Assembly (NCBI GenBank): GCA_951406725.2
Contig: OX597839.1
Span: 2,976,001 to 3,040,000, forward strand
Length of the DNA stretch: 64,000 nucleotides
Reading direction: 5' to 3'
Source of the DNA: Octopus vulgaris
Taxonomy: Eukaryota
Made by a program: the position numbers and the translations under genes
Part shown: piece by piece, positions 1-12,039 of the stretch
Layout: each line of letters opens with the position of its first letter
Position numbering within the stretch: the first letter of the stretch is position 1
Notes under the pieces: generated by a model
Seen by the model: only the letters and a program-made list of their open reading frames with translations
The model's database searches: none
What the model was told of the DNA's origin: nothing

Positions 1-43
1 TACATATACATATATACATATGCATATATATATACACATACAT

Positions 44-114
<71 letters not shown>

Positions 115-154
115 ATCAACAAATATCAGCTAGGTTATGGCTGCGAGATAACAG

Positions 155-1372
155 TTTACTCAAAGTTGCCGCCCTCGGCTATACCACGGCCTCAATGTGG
201 CTCCGGAATCTGGTGCATTCATTTCTCATTGTGTCACTGTGAAGATATTCCAACACCTCATTGATCTTGGCCACCAGCTCATCTTTGGTGTTGCAAGTAA
301 AGCAGTTGGTGTCTTTCTTGATCGCGCCCCACACAAAGTAATCTAGGGGGGAATTAGGAAGACAGAAATTGGGTCTGGTGAAGTCGTGGAGATTCTGTGA
401 TAACCCCTTCTGGCATAATTACTTTTGTGATAACCACTTCCCGGAGTTATGTCAAGAAGGCGGCGAGGTGGCAGATACGTTAGCACGCCGGGCGAAATGC
501 TTAGCGGTATTTCATCTGCCGCTACGTTCTGAGTTCAAATCCCGCCGAGGTCGACTCTGCCTTTCATCCTTTCGGGGTCGATTAAATAAGTACCAGTTAC
601 GCACTGGGGTCGATATAATCGACTTAATCCATTTGTCTGTCCTTGTTTGTCCCCTCTGGGTTTAGCCCCTTGTGGGTAGTAAAGAAATAGGTATTTTGTC
701 TGCCGCTACGTTCTGAGTTCAAAGTCTACTCTGCCTTTCATCCTTTCGGGGTCGAGTAAATAAGTACCAGTTACGCACTGGGGTCGATATAATCGACTTA
801 ATCCATTTGTCTGTCCTTGTTTGTCCTCTCTGTATTTAGCCCCTTGTGGGTAGTAAAGAAATAGTTATGTCAAGAAGCGTAATCGTGCTTCCATATATAT
901 ATATGGCATTCCGGTAGTAATCTTCTTTAGCCAGGGTTTGACCACAGACTCCAGCATGGGTCCTGGTCTGAGCCTAAGGTCCTGGTATGAGCCTAAGGTC
1001 CTGTCCAAACATGCAAGGATGAGTACTGGCGTACTGACTCAGTCAGCACGCCTGCTGTGCCTCTTTCTGCCGGCCACAGATTCGTAGTCTCCGTTGCAGC
1101 TGTCCATGTCATGTCTTACAGCATTTACAATGTTAACGGAGCAGCAGTCATGATGTTGGCATTCTGACATTCAATGCGAATCATCATGACACGGGAAACA
1201 CTTTTCCAATATTCAGATGGTTTCCTGTCTTCCACGTCAGTTAACTTTTTCACAACTACAACCTTAATCTTTCTGCTCTCCAACGCCGTTGACTGCTGTT
1301 CACCAATACACGAAGCTCTTCTTGAAAAGAGGAGACATGAAATATCGTAAAAATTTAGCCCGAACACGCTGT
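155..1372 (-). pseudogene. Tc1/mariner-superfamily transposase pseudogene (maT/DD37D-like), interrupted by a SINE dimer
   Basis: Minus strand gives LESVVKPWLKK..Y.(W)KHDYAS*H (QQD-type motif, about 880-950) and PNSP..LDYFVWGAIKKDTN...RFRSHIEAVV*AEGGNFE* (155-410). A TIR-like end, ttagcccgaacacgctgta, lies at about 1355-1372. It has stops and frameshifts, and the DD spacing is not countable. Confidence 0.75.
459..862 (+). mobile_element. tRNA-derived SINE family B, head-to-tail dimer
   Basis: Head ggcggcgaggtggcaga..., B box gagttcaaatcc, tail gccccttgtgggtagtaaagaaata. A second partial unit starts at 691. 15-bp TSD agttatgtcaagaag at 445-459 and 863-877. Confidence 0.9.
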
Positions 1373-1479
1373 ATGTATATATATATATATGCGTAGCTCT
1401 ATTTAAATATACAATATAAATGTAGAACGCTTATTCTAATGAGATACACACACGTATATTTATACATATATATATATCT

Positions 1480-1526
1480 ACACACACACGTGTATATTAC
1501 ACACACGCACATACACGAACATGTAT

Positions 1527-1562
<36 letters not shown>

Positions 1563-1615
1563 ACACACACACATGTATATTACACAAACGTACATATACG
1601 CGAACACACATGTAT

Positions 1616-1660
<45 letters not shown>

Positions 1661-1700
1661 TGTATATTACACAAACGTACATACGCGAACACACATGTAT

Positions 1701-1760
<60 letters not shown>
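1480..1760. repeat. About 85-bp tandem repeat (3 copies) with (TA)n spacers
   Basis: Unit cacacacatgtatattacacaaacgtacatatacgcgaacacacatgtatcttta(ta)n is repeated. Confidence 0.8.
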
Positions 1761-1772
<12 letters not shown>

Positions 1773-1824
1773 TACACACACATACACTCAAACACACACA
1801 TCTATCTATCTGTCTATAACTTAC

Positions 1825-1895
1825 CTAAGTTTTTCCCTATAAATGTATCGAAAATGTTATCGATTAGTCTTGGAGAGTCTACAGAACTAGACAGT
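1825..1895 (-). CDS. Candidate internal coding exon of an unidentified host gene
   Basis: Acceptor gtctctctgtgttccag, 71-nt exon, donor gtaagt. One frame is open: (x)LSSSVDSPRLIDNIFDTFIGKNL(G). The sequence is unique and non-repetitive. Confidence 0.55.
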
Positions 1896-2191
1896 CTGGA
1901 ACACAGAGAGACATCAAAACTATTCAAGTTAAACTGGACAGGTTCTTGTCACTTTGCTAACAGCAAATTGTTGTTGTTATTGTTGATATTGTGCTGTTTT
2001 TATTGTTAAAGTGTTTGTTGTTGAAGGAAATAGATAAGTCAAAGTAATGCATACACACACACACCCGAGTGTGTGCATGTATGCATGTCTGTGTGTGTAT
2101 GTATGTATTTATGTATGTATGTATACACACACACATACACAGACATATATGTATGTATATATATACCTCAGGTTACACACACCCGTATACT

Positions 2192-2223
<32 letters not shown>

Positions 2224-2587
2224 ACAAGGACACACAAACATATTTATACGCGCGTGTGCCTGTTTAATATGACATACATACATGCACACATATATACATA
2301 TACATATATATATATATATTTATAAATATATACATTTATATATGTACGCACACACATGCGTACACATACACTATACATATACATATATATTTATAGTGAT
2401 ATGTATGCATATATATTATGTATACACATACACACACAAAGACACTCACACAAAGTCTCACACACACACATGTGTATGTACGAATAGATATTTATACACA
2501 ACCACAACAAACAGATATACACTATATTAGAATTTTTGTCAGAATGACATAATAATGGACAGAAATGCATTTAGACACGTGTGTGGA

Positions 2588-2636
<49 letters not shown>

Positions 2637-2937
2637 ATGTGTGTGTGTGTGTTTGTTTTGTGTATGTGAGTGTGAAAAGAAACGGATCCAAGGAGACTAT
2701 TGCTGATATGTTTAAGTAAAGGAAAACAATGAGTTTCTTGGTCAGGTGGAAAAAGTTCTTTAAGTTCGTATCGCGGTGGGAGTGGATTATGCGATGTTTC
2801 CCACAAAGTCTGTATCGTCAGGGGAGTGAAACAAGTTTGTTTTGTCCTAAGGGTTTCAAGAAATACACACGCGATTTGTAAAAATCATATTTTACGCAGG
2901 CGCACGCGCACACGTGCACATGGTATGTATATATTTT

Positions 2938-3110
2938 GGCGCAGGCGTGGCTGTATGGTAAGCAGTTTGTTTCCCAGTAGTATGGTTCCGGGTTCAGTCC
3001 CGTTGCGTGGCACCTTGGGAAAGTGTCTTCTACTATAGCCTGGGGTGGACCAATGCCCTGTGAATGGATCTGGTTGATGGAATCTGAAAGAGGCTCATGG
3101 TGTGAGTGTG
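2938..3110 (+). mobile_element. tRNA-derived SINE family A, 5' part
   Basis: ggcgcaggcgtggctgtatggtaag...ggttcagtccc...ggcaccttggg matches the full copy at 19296. Confidence 0.85.
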
Positions 3111-3159
3111 TGTTTGATTATATATATATATATATATTTATTTATTTATTTATTTATAT

Positions 3160-4010
3160 CCAAACTGAGTGGAGAAGGTAAAAAAATAAAGGCTACTCTG
3201 TTTCCTAGCTAGCAGATCGTCGATCCTCTGATGTAATAATTAATCAACAAGTAATCAGGTAATTAATATGAGTTTGGAGGGATATATTATCCGGGCAGAT
3301 TCCGGATGGTTCTCAGTTATGTTCCAGGTTATAGGTAACCGCAACGATTAGTATTACCTAATTTCTTGTTCCTATTATTTATTGTGTTATAGCACGTGGT
3401 AGATGCCTCTGCTGCCACCCCCGCCGTTTCTATTGGTCTATCATTCTTTCAGATGATAGGGCATAAATAGTCAATAATAGAAGGAACTCGAACACTAATA
3501 CCAACATAACACACTCTGTAGTGGAAGAGGGTAACAAACTAAGAACCCACAGTCAAAGGAAGACAGCTCCAACAGAAGCCGAAAACCCCACAAGCAAGGA
3601 GCGGGAACCGCTAGAAAGAACACTCCACAAACACACAGAGATAGAAAGCAGGAGCTATTACACAATAGATAATAGGAACAAGCAATTAAGTCTCTGTAAT
3701 TGTGCCAGGAACACAGTATGCCCCTTAAACTCTAGATGCTTGACGAAGAAACTAGTGTATAGATACAAAATCACTTCTGAGGATGAACAAGAATCCATAT
3801 TCTCTAACGTTATGATTATTGCTAATATAAACTCCAGATAATATTACCACCTAGAGAGGTGAATACAGAATTACGCATCGGAGAAATTTACAGTGTGAAT
3901 GACAACTAATACTAGTCAGACATTAAATACTAATCCATGCGGTTAGCCGTAATCTGGAACATAACAGAGCCACCACATAATTTGAGCAGATAATATATCT
4001 CGCCAATATA
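3160..4010 (+). mobile_element. Penelope-like element remnant with GIY-YIG-proximal Cys motif and inverted terminal segment
   Basis: ORF 3521-3841 contains CNCARNTVCPLNSRCLTKKLVY, the CNC-x5-CPL-xx-CL-xxx-VY motif found before PLE GIY-YIG domains. Inverted repeat 3273-3358 vs 3925-4006. (TA)n flanks. Confidence 0.7.
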
Positions 4011-4687
4011 AATAAATAAATATATATATATATATACACACACACATACATATATACATTCTTCTTTTACTTGTTTCAGGCATTTGACTGCGGTGTGGTG
4101 GTGGTGGGGTGGAGTAATCGATTATGCTGGCACGTGTTTCATTGGTACTTAATTTATCGACCCCTGAAAGGAAGAAAGGTAAAGTCGATCTCGGTGGAAT
4201 TTGATCTCAGAACATACATACAAAATTCCCACAAGGCATTTTATCTGATGTGCTAACGGTTCTTCCAGTTCGTCGCAACAACAACAATAACAACAACAAC
4301 AACAACAACAATAGTAATGATAATAATATCAACAAGAACAACGATTGCAATAAAGATATGCCAAAGCAAAACAACAACGAGTCACCATAAGGTAAACAAC
4401 AACACTGACAGTAAAAAACAACTGCAAGGAGGACAACAGCAACGACGACATTAACAACAACAACAAAAGCAACAACAACAACAGCAGCACATCTACAACA
4501 AGTACATCACCACCACCAACAACAACAGCTACGACTGCAATGACCTCAACAACAACTGAAACATTAGCCAAAGCATTCAGCAGAAAACAACATCCATAAA
4601 TTATTTTGATAAAAATCTTTTGATATGTTTAAACCGCCATAAAATTAAACCCCTATAATTGTAAATACTGGAATCTGGATTGTTTTA

Positions 4688-4730
<43 letters not shown>

Positions 4731-4824
4731 GGTATTCGTATGTTTTATAGACATATTTGTGCATACACATGTATACATGAATGCAATGTAATTGCATTCA
4801 TCTGTGTATATATATATATGTGTC

Positions 4825-4870
<46 letters not shown>

Positions 4871-4988
4871 CATACATACATACATACAGACACACACACA
4901 TAAATATATATAATGTGAAAAATTATGCTTTTACGATGTATATAAATGTATAATGCCTATATAAGTATGAATGTATCTCTCTCTCTCT

Positions 4989-5040
<52 letters not shown>

Positions 5041-5443
5041 TTATATGAATATATATACACATTCATATATATATATGAATAAGTATACGTTTATACGTAC
5101 GAATAAATAAGTAAATAAAGAACCGTATCTAAAAAAACAAAACAAAACAAGAATAAAGAATCCAACTAATGGGGTTTCTATTTCCAATCTAATATTCCTT
5201 AATTCTCATCAGCATTGAGGGTATCGATGTATCAAAATAATTCATCGTTTTACGAACAGGATGTTTTTGCCTTCATATACATACCTACATATATACATGC
5301 ATGCATACATATATCTTTATATATATATATATACACATATACCGGAGTAAGCACATATATGTGAAACAAGGTGGAAAAAAAGACAACTCAAATACCAGAG
5401 GTAGAGTAATATGCTTTATTTAAAAGCAGCAGAAATATAACAA

Positions 5444-5489
5444 AAAACTGTTACTCAGAGTTTCACGTTCTCATTCGTTGGACAGTTTT
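5444..5489 (-). ncRNA. Minimal type I hammerhead-like motif, core mutated (CCAACGA)
   Basis: aaaactgt CCAACGA ATG agaa CGT GAAA CTCTGAG TA acagtttt: 8-bp helix I, helix II, near-palindromic helix III and a GUA triplet. Confidence 0.55.
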
Positions 5490-5563
5490 GTTAGAATAGA
5501 ACAAAAATGACGATATAATCAATCAAAAACAAAAAAAGAGGATACACTTTTGAATTTATTTTT

Positions 5564-5604
5564 TGAACCAGTTGAAGACACACGAGATGTCGAAATATCG
5601 TTCA
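5564..5604 (+). ncRNA. Minimal hammerhead-like motif, variant core CAGUUGA
   Basis: tgaac CAGTTGA A GACA cacgaga TGTC GAAA TA TC gttca: helix I 5 bp, helix II 4 bp, palindromic ATAT helix III. Confidence 0.45.
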
Positions 5605-5667
5605 CTAGATAACAATGGCACTCTTCTTTTAATTTTGACTATAATAATAATAATAATAATAATAGCA

Positions 5668-6250
5668 GTACCATGCAGTGGCTCTCATGGCTTCTGATCT
5701 TAACTGATTGGAAGTGCCATCATGTACATTGTTTTGTCTTGGTATAAAAGATGGGCTACAGCAAATATTCTGCTCAATACCACAGATTTGCTTGTCAGCT
5801 GCTTGACCTTAACCAGTTGAGCATGTCCCTTAGTGGCTGACGATATGTGCATCTCTGATCACGAGCAGAAGTAGTGGGGGAGCATCATAACCATGTGTTG
5901 AGAGGGATTCTTTGGAGTTTGAATAATTCACCTCTGGAAACATAGGTGTTTCGTTCAACATCCTAAAGCAACCCTTATTCAGGGACCTTTTGAGCAGGAT
6001 GGGCTACTCGACCTGAAGAAAATTCTAAATGGGCCCCACCTGCAAGGTCATGTGCTGTTTATCTTGATATGAGATCACCATGTCGCGCACATATGGTTGT
6101 GATGCATGTGCCTGGTGTACCTTTATCAGACGGGTAGTCATGATGGGTATGCTGGGCTTCGTATATTTTACCCCAGTGTCACTTTGATGGCATGCACTGC
6201 TCTCTCACTCAATAATAATAATAATAATAATAATGATAATAATAATAATC
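5668..6250 (+). mobile_element. LINE-type 3' end fragment with (AAT)n tail
   Basis: The 3' part is nearly identical to 33614-33878. Both copies end ...ctctctcactc(aat)n, and this copy is also preceded by (aat)n. An 89-bp tandem duplication spans 6185-6362. Confidence 0.7.
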
Positions 6251-6944
6251 TTTTCTATTATAGGCACAAGGCCTGATGGCATGCACTGCTCTCTCACTCA
6301 ATAATAATAATAATAATAATAATGATAATAATAATAATCTTTTCTATTATAGGCACAAGGCCTGAAGTTTTTTTGGGGGAGGTAACCAATTAATTACATC
6401 GACCCAGAATTTCACTGGTACATAATGATGATGATGATGATATTCACAGTAGCTACAACTGCAGAGTGGTTCCTTATGGGATAAAACAGTAGAACTAGAT
6501 AAGCTAATACGCATGTAAAGAATTTTTGTAGTTGTAAATGCTAAAAAGCACAGCTTAACCGCTAGCACCATGACCACCACAACCACCGCTACAACTAACA
6601 CAACTACAACTGCTTCCTCCGCCACTACCACCACCGCATATACAACAGTACTAAAACTAACGACATTGTAGGTGGAGTTGCGTGTGTGTTTTTGCATGTG
6701 AGAGTATTGTGAGGAAATGCAAATAAGCATATGCGATATGAAGACACACACACATGTATGTATATATATATATATATATATACACATATATATATATATA
6801 TATATATATACTTACATACAAACATATATATACATATATAAACACACATATATGCATCTCCATATCTTTTCCACGTGTAGTTTCTATTTTCTATTTGAAA
6901 CATTTCTATTATATATACAAATATATACATATACATCCATATAC

Positions 6945-6990
<46 letters not shown>

Positions 6991-7297
6991 CGTCTTAATA
7001 TGCACGCATAACCAACTTTTATCTTTTTGCATATTTCAATTCACGATTACATCACTGTACATAAATCCATTCACTAAACAAGTTTTTCGAAACCTTATTC
7101 TTTTTGTGTGTACATATATATTCCCCTCTCCTTACCGAAACCTGAATAGTTATCTCCGTTGCCCACAACAACAATAACGATAACCAATCACCTCCCCTTA
7201 TTTTTCTACTTGTGAAGTCATTCACTCGTAAATCTCATCTCACACATGGACAAAAATTTCTTAGTAAGAAAATACATATTCAAATAAGTAAACCATA

Positions 7298-7332
7298 ATA
7301 TCATGAATAGCGAAAGCGAAACCGGTCGATAT
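7298..7332 (+). ncRNA. Minimal type I hammerhead motif with A3:U8 core
   Basis: atatc ATGAATA GC gaaa GC GAAA CCGG TC gatat: helix I, GNRA-capped helix II, palindromic ACCGGT helix III and a GUC triplet. Confidence 0.55.
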
Positions 7333-7459
7333 ATTAAAAATTATATTAAAACTATGTAAAGTGTGCGTATTTTCCTTTCTTAATTTCTTATATATATTAC
7401 GATTCACCATGTGGAGATAATCGAAATTCCTCCTTTTCTGTTACTACTATATATATAGG

Positions 7460-8020
7460 TTATAAGCGGTAATGGTGTCACTGAGACCCAAAGGTGTCAG
7501 GTAATGCTTAATAAGTGCTATAGACAGACCATAGTTAAGTTCCCGGTTCGGTGATTTTGCGAATAAGGGGTTCAGGGTCGGTCTTATGTCAGCCTGTGTA
7601 TATAAGAATTTTTTGCGCAATGAGATAAAAAAACACCAAGGCTGTGTAGATAGAACATTTATAGATAGGTCTTACAGTTGTTTCCAAGATATTTATTAAT
7701 TATATCCTATCATCGGAGACGGTGTTCAAGGATGGTTAAGTAATAATTAATTTAGATGGGATACAAAATAGAGAGTGAGGTGGAGGAAAGAAAATAGATG
7801 TGAGATATGTAGGGATATTGAATTTGTAGATCCATTTTTTAGGCAGAAGGGTATATATGTAAGATTCCAATAACTTATGAGCAAATTTCAACTGTATTTA
7901 AAATTGTTCATTCCAGCTATAGAGTAAATCTTACACAATGTAAGATTCCAATACCTTATGAGTAAGATCCAACGGTATTTAAAATTGGTCATTCCAAGTA
8001 CAGAATTTATACACAGTGTT
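7460..8020 (-). mobile_element. Degraded Penelope-like GIY-YIG region (tentative) with about 81-bp tandem duplication
   Basis: Minus-strand pieces IYKCSI..FFY, WSV and GMTNFKYRW resemble PLE endonuclease motifs. 7858-7938 is repeated at 7939-8018. Confidence 0.35.
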
Positions 8021-8881
8021 GTAGAGTCAAAGGTTTTTATTTAAAGTGACCTAAAAATAGGGAGTGTATTAGTAGGGTCAAATCGAAAATAGGAAGAGAG
8101 GAATAAAGAAAGAGAGAAGAAAGTAAGAAGAAGAGTAATATAATAATATAAAATATAAAACCAAAAGAGAGGAATAAAGGAAAGAAAGAAAAGAAAACAG
8201 AAAAATGAAGATATAGATAAGTTAGGGGTCAGTAGAGATAATTTGAAAGTAGAAGTGGAGAGATGAAGGGTGAACGAGAGAGAAAGGTATTATAGTGTAA
8301 AAAGATAGAAAGAATGGGGGTATGGTGCAGGTAAAGGAGTGACAAATGTGTAGGGATAGAGTCCAAGTGTAGGGGAAGAGAGAGGGGGTTAGTAGTATGA
8401 ATGAAGCACGAAGGAATTTATATGGTTTAGCAGTTCAGTGCTTAGTAATATCAGAAAATATATATGTGAAGATGTATACATATGTATATATCAGACATGT
8501 ATATACATATTTATACATATGTTTATATATATATATATCTCAATATTCACACATGCAACTCTAACACACAATCCTTACACGCATGCATATGCACACATAT
8601 ATGACGATTTTAAGCTCACGCAAATACACACACACACACACATATATATATACACACTCACACAAATACACACATACAAAGATGAATAGCGCGAGTAATA
8701 TGCATGTGCCTGAGCTAGCATTTGCAAATATCTAATTCCGCCTTTTCTTAATAATTGTCGATGACAATGGCCTAAAGAGTGAGCATTGTTTGAATTTAGA
8801 TGAGCGAATCACGGGCTATGGCCAGAAAGTTGATGCATTATATTCATAATATAAACTCCTATTTCATAATTACATTACAAT

Positions 8882-8919
<38 letters not shown>

Positions 8920-8980
8920 GTATGTATTCATGTATGTATATATATATTAATTTTATATATAAAATTAGTATATATATACC

Positions 8981-9108
8981 GGCGCATGCGTGGCTGTGGT
9001 AAGAAGTTTGCTTCCCAACCACATCGTTCCGGCTTTTAGTCCCACTGCGTGGCACCTTGGGCAAGTGTTTTCTACTATTAAGCCTCAGGCCGAGCAAAGC
9101 CGCCCGAA

Positions 9109-9153
<45 letters not shown>

Positions 9154-9640
9154 AGTTCAGTAAAATTTAGATTCAGATGAATATGGTACTTAAGTCAAAA
9201 GCACCAGAATTTTTTGTATCCATATAAATCCGTGGGGTGATTACAATCAAAATAACCAACAAGTATATCCGAGGTCATGTGGTACAATCGTTTCATGCTA
9301 CTTCATTTTATTAAACACGAAGTATTACATCAGTTTTAAAATGTCGAGATTGCTCAACGTTTTAAAACTGATGTAATGCCTCCAGTGTTTAATAAAATGA
9401 AGTAGCATGAAACGATTGTACCACATGACCTCGGATATATTTGTTGCTTATTTTGATTATATATATATATATGTATGCATGTATGTTTATGTGTTTATTT
9501 GTCTGTCTTTGTCCCCTGTCGTCGCTTGATAACCGATGTTGGTGTGTCTATGTCCACGAAACTTAGCGCTTTGGCAAGAAAGACCGATAGAAAAAGTACA
9601 AAGAATAAGTCATGGGGTCGATTTCTTCGAGTAAAGGCTG
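8981..9640 (+). mobile_element. SINE family A split by an insertion in its internal (TA)n
   Basis: Head at 8981-9105 and 3' half at about 9490-9640 flank the foldback element at 9151-9460. Confidence 0.75.
9245..9458. repeat. Near-perfect foldback (about 105-bp arms, 4-nt loop)
   Basis: aatcaaaataa...catcagttttaaaatgtcgag attg ctcaacgttttaaaactgatg...ttattttgatt. Confidence 0.95.
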
Positions 9641-9644
9641 TGCT

Positions 9645-10172
9645 GTGAACTCCGAGCGTTACATCTAGATGTTAAACAACTTACGACGAAAGCATATGCC
9701 TATTCGACGTGTGTGGTTTCAGCAGGATGGGCCGACGGCCCACATAGCCAGAGCATCAATGGACGTTCTTCGCCCTCATTTCAGCGACCGCCTCATTTCC
9801 AGGTTTTCTGACATTCATTGACACCCTCGGTTCCCTGATTAGTCCATGTGTGATTATTTCTTGTGAAGAAACCTCAATGCACGTGTGTATGCGCATAAGC
9901 CCCGTACATTGGAAGATTTGAAGAAAGCTATTCGCGTGGAAGTCGCCCAAATCGACAGAGCAATGTGGAGAGATTCGGGGGCCAACTTCCACGAACGTCT
10001 TCAGAAATGAACCAATGAAAACAGACACCACATGATGGATGTTCTTTTTTACACTTGATTTTGACAAATGCTAATTCAATACGAACATATTGATGTCAAT
10101 AAAATTTGTTTGCAGCAAAAATTAATGATTTTGTGATTTTTTCAAAAACGTCCGTCCTCTCTACCCACCCTG
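9645..10172 (+). pseudogene. Tc1/mariner DD41D (rosa-type) transposase 3' fragment with right TIR
   Basis: WFQQDGPTAH...HPRFPD.SMCDYFL with 41 residues between the two aspartates, then KPRTLEDLK. Ends caccctg followed by TA at 10173-10174. Confidence 0.85.
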
Positions 10173-10485
10173 TACGTAATCCATCCATCCATCCATACAT
10201 ACATAATTATACTCACACATGCCAAGAGATAGTCCATACACAAGGCCTCATTTTCCATCGCCAAAACGACACGATTGTCTTCATAGTAATAAGAAATGGC
10301 GATAAAGTTGCGCAAGCTCGGAATTTTTTCGTGAAGGAGTTAAGCGGACTTAGCTATTGATTTAGTGTAATATCATGGCAGTAAAGGAATGTCTGAGAAT
10401 CCCATTTGTCCATTTGTAACTGGCACAACGGTTAAGAAACTCAGCCATGTCGGGAAGACAGTGATGGATTACTTGAACTACAAAA

Positions 10486-10519
<34 letters not shown>

Positions 10520-10522
<3 letters not shown>

Positions 10523-11270
10523 TAGAGAGAGAGAGAGAGAGGGTGAAGAGGTGAGAAGGAGAGAAAGAGAGAATGGGGGAGAGAAGAAGAAAGATAGGTA
10601 GATAGAGAGTGAGAGTGTAAGAGAGAAAGAGAGAGACGAGACAAACGCATAAACAGGTAGGCAGAGAGTGAGAGAGAAAAGGAGAGAGAGTGAGAGGTAG
10701 AGAAATAGAGGGAGAAGTAGAGAAAGAGAGGGAGAAGTAGAGAAGGAGAATGAGAGGGAGAGAGGAGGAGAGGAGACTGGTACAGGGAAAGGAGAGAGGG
10801 AGAAAGATAGGTAGAGAGTGATAGTGTAAGAGAGAATGAATGAATGAATGAGAGAGAGGGAGAGAGAAGAGGCATAGATAGAGAAGCAGGTAGACTGAAA
10901 GTGAGGGAGAGAGTGAAAGACAGAGACAGATAGAAAGACGCAGAGGAAGAGAGGGAGTAGGATAGATAGAGAAAGAGAGTTAGAGAAAGAAGTAGAGTGA
11001 GAGGGAGAGAGAGGGAAAGAGAGGAGTGAAAAAGAATAGAATAGACAGAGGGAAAGTCTGTGTGTGTGTGTGTGTGTGAGGGAGAGAGAGAAAGAAACAG
11101 AGGGAGAAGTAGAATGAGAGAGAGAGGAGTAGAGGGAGGGAAAACGAGGAGTGAAAAAAGGGAGAACTAGATAGAGGGAAAGTGTGTGTGTATGTGTGTG
11201 TGGGGGAGAGAGGGAGAGAGAGAGGGAGAGAGAGAGGGAGGGAGAAACAGAGAGTGAATGCGATGGAGAG
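10520..11270. repeat. (GA)-rich low-complexity tract
   Basis: Degenerate (GA)n with (GT)n islands. Confidence 0.9.
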
Positions 11271-11569
11271 GGAGAATATTCCAGCAATGAACATGAAATA
11301 ACATTACGCCGTTCTGACACGAAATTTGTTAAGCTTCTGAGATTTTCTTTTTTATGCATGCCTTATTTTTTTTCTCAAGATGTACCTAATTCATTTTGAT
11401 GTCAGAATGGAAACTCTTCAAAGTGTTTCTGAAACGGACGAAGCAGACAACACCAACGATGAGACGACGACGACGATGATGACGATGACGATGACGATGA
11501 CGACGATGACAAGGACGTATACAGTAATGGCGAAGATGACCGCGATGGCGGTGCCGATTATGATGACGG

Positions 11570-12030
11570 TAACAAAGCAAGAGGTTCTTCGCTGCGCCTC
11601 ACTACCAGGCGTCGAAGCCACCGTTCTTCGCCGTCGTCTTCCGCTGGGCAGATCACGTCCAGCGTATGGAGCCCTCTCGTCTCCCGAGGATCATGCTCTA
11701 CAGAGAATTTGCAATCGGTTCAGAGGAGGACCGAAATTCCGTTTTAAAGACCAGCTCAATCTAATATTCAGCAGTCCTTATGGGAACAGACTACCATGGA
11801 TAGGACAGCCTGGAGGACTGCCATCAGCAATGGAGCCAGCTCCTTCGAGCAGAACAGACAACAGAACGAGAAGGTAAAACGCTGAAGAAAGGAGCGTCTC
11901 CAACATCCTCGAACAGCACCGACCATCCTGTGCGAATTCTGCCCACGACTCTTTCCCCACCGACTTGGACTCCAAAGTCACATTCAGCACAAACATCTGC
12001 CGAGTCGACTGGATAGAAACTAACGAACCC
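11570..12030 (+). mobile_element. RTE/BovB-clade LINE 3' fragment
   Basis: VTKQEVLRCASLPGVEA..(R)WADHVQRME..RLPRIMLY..GGPKFRFKDQL, then C-terminal CEFCPRLFPHRLGLQSH, with frameshifts. Confidence 0.85.
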
Positions 12031-12039
12031 AACTTGAAT

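Noticed and set aside
7195-7260. C2H2 zinc-finger-like string PYFSTC/KSFTRKSHLTH
   Set aside because: It needs a frameshift, lacks the first Cys and last His, and has no neighbouring fingers. It could be chance.
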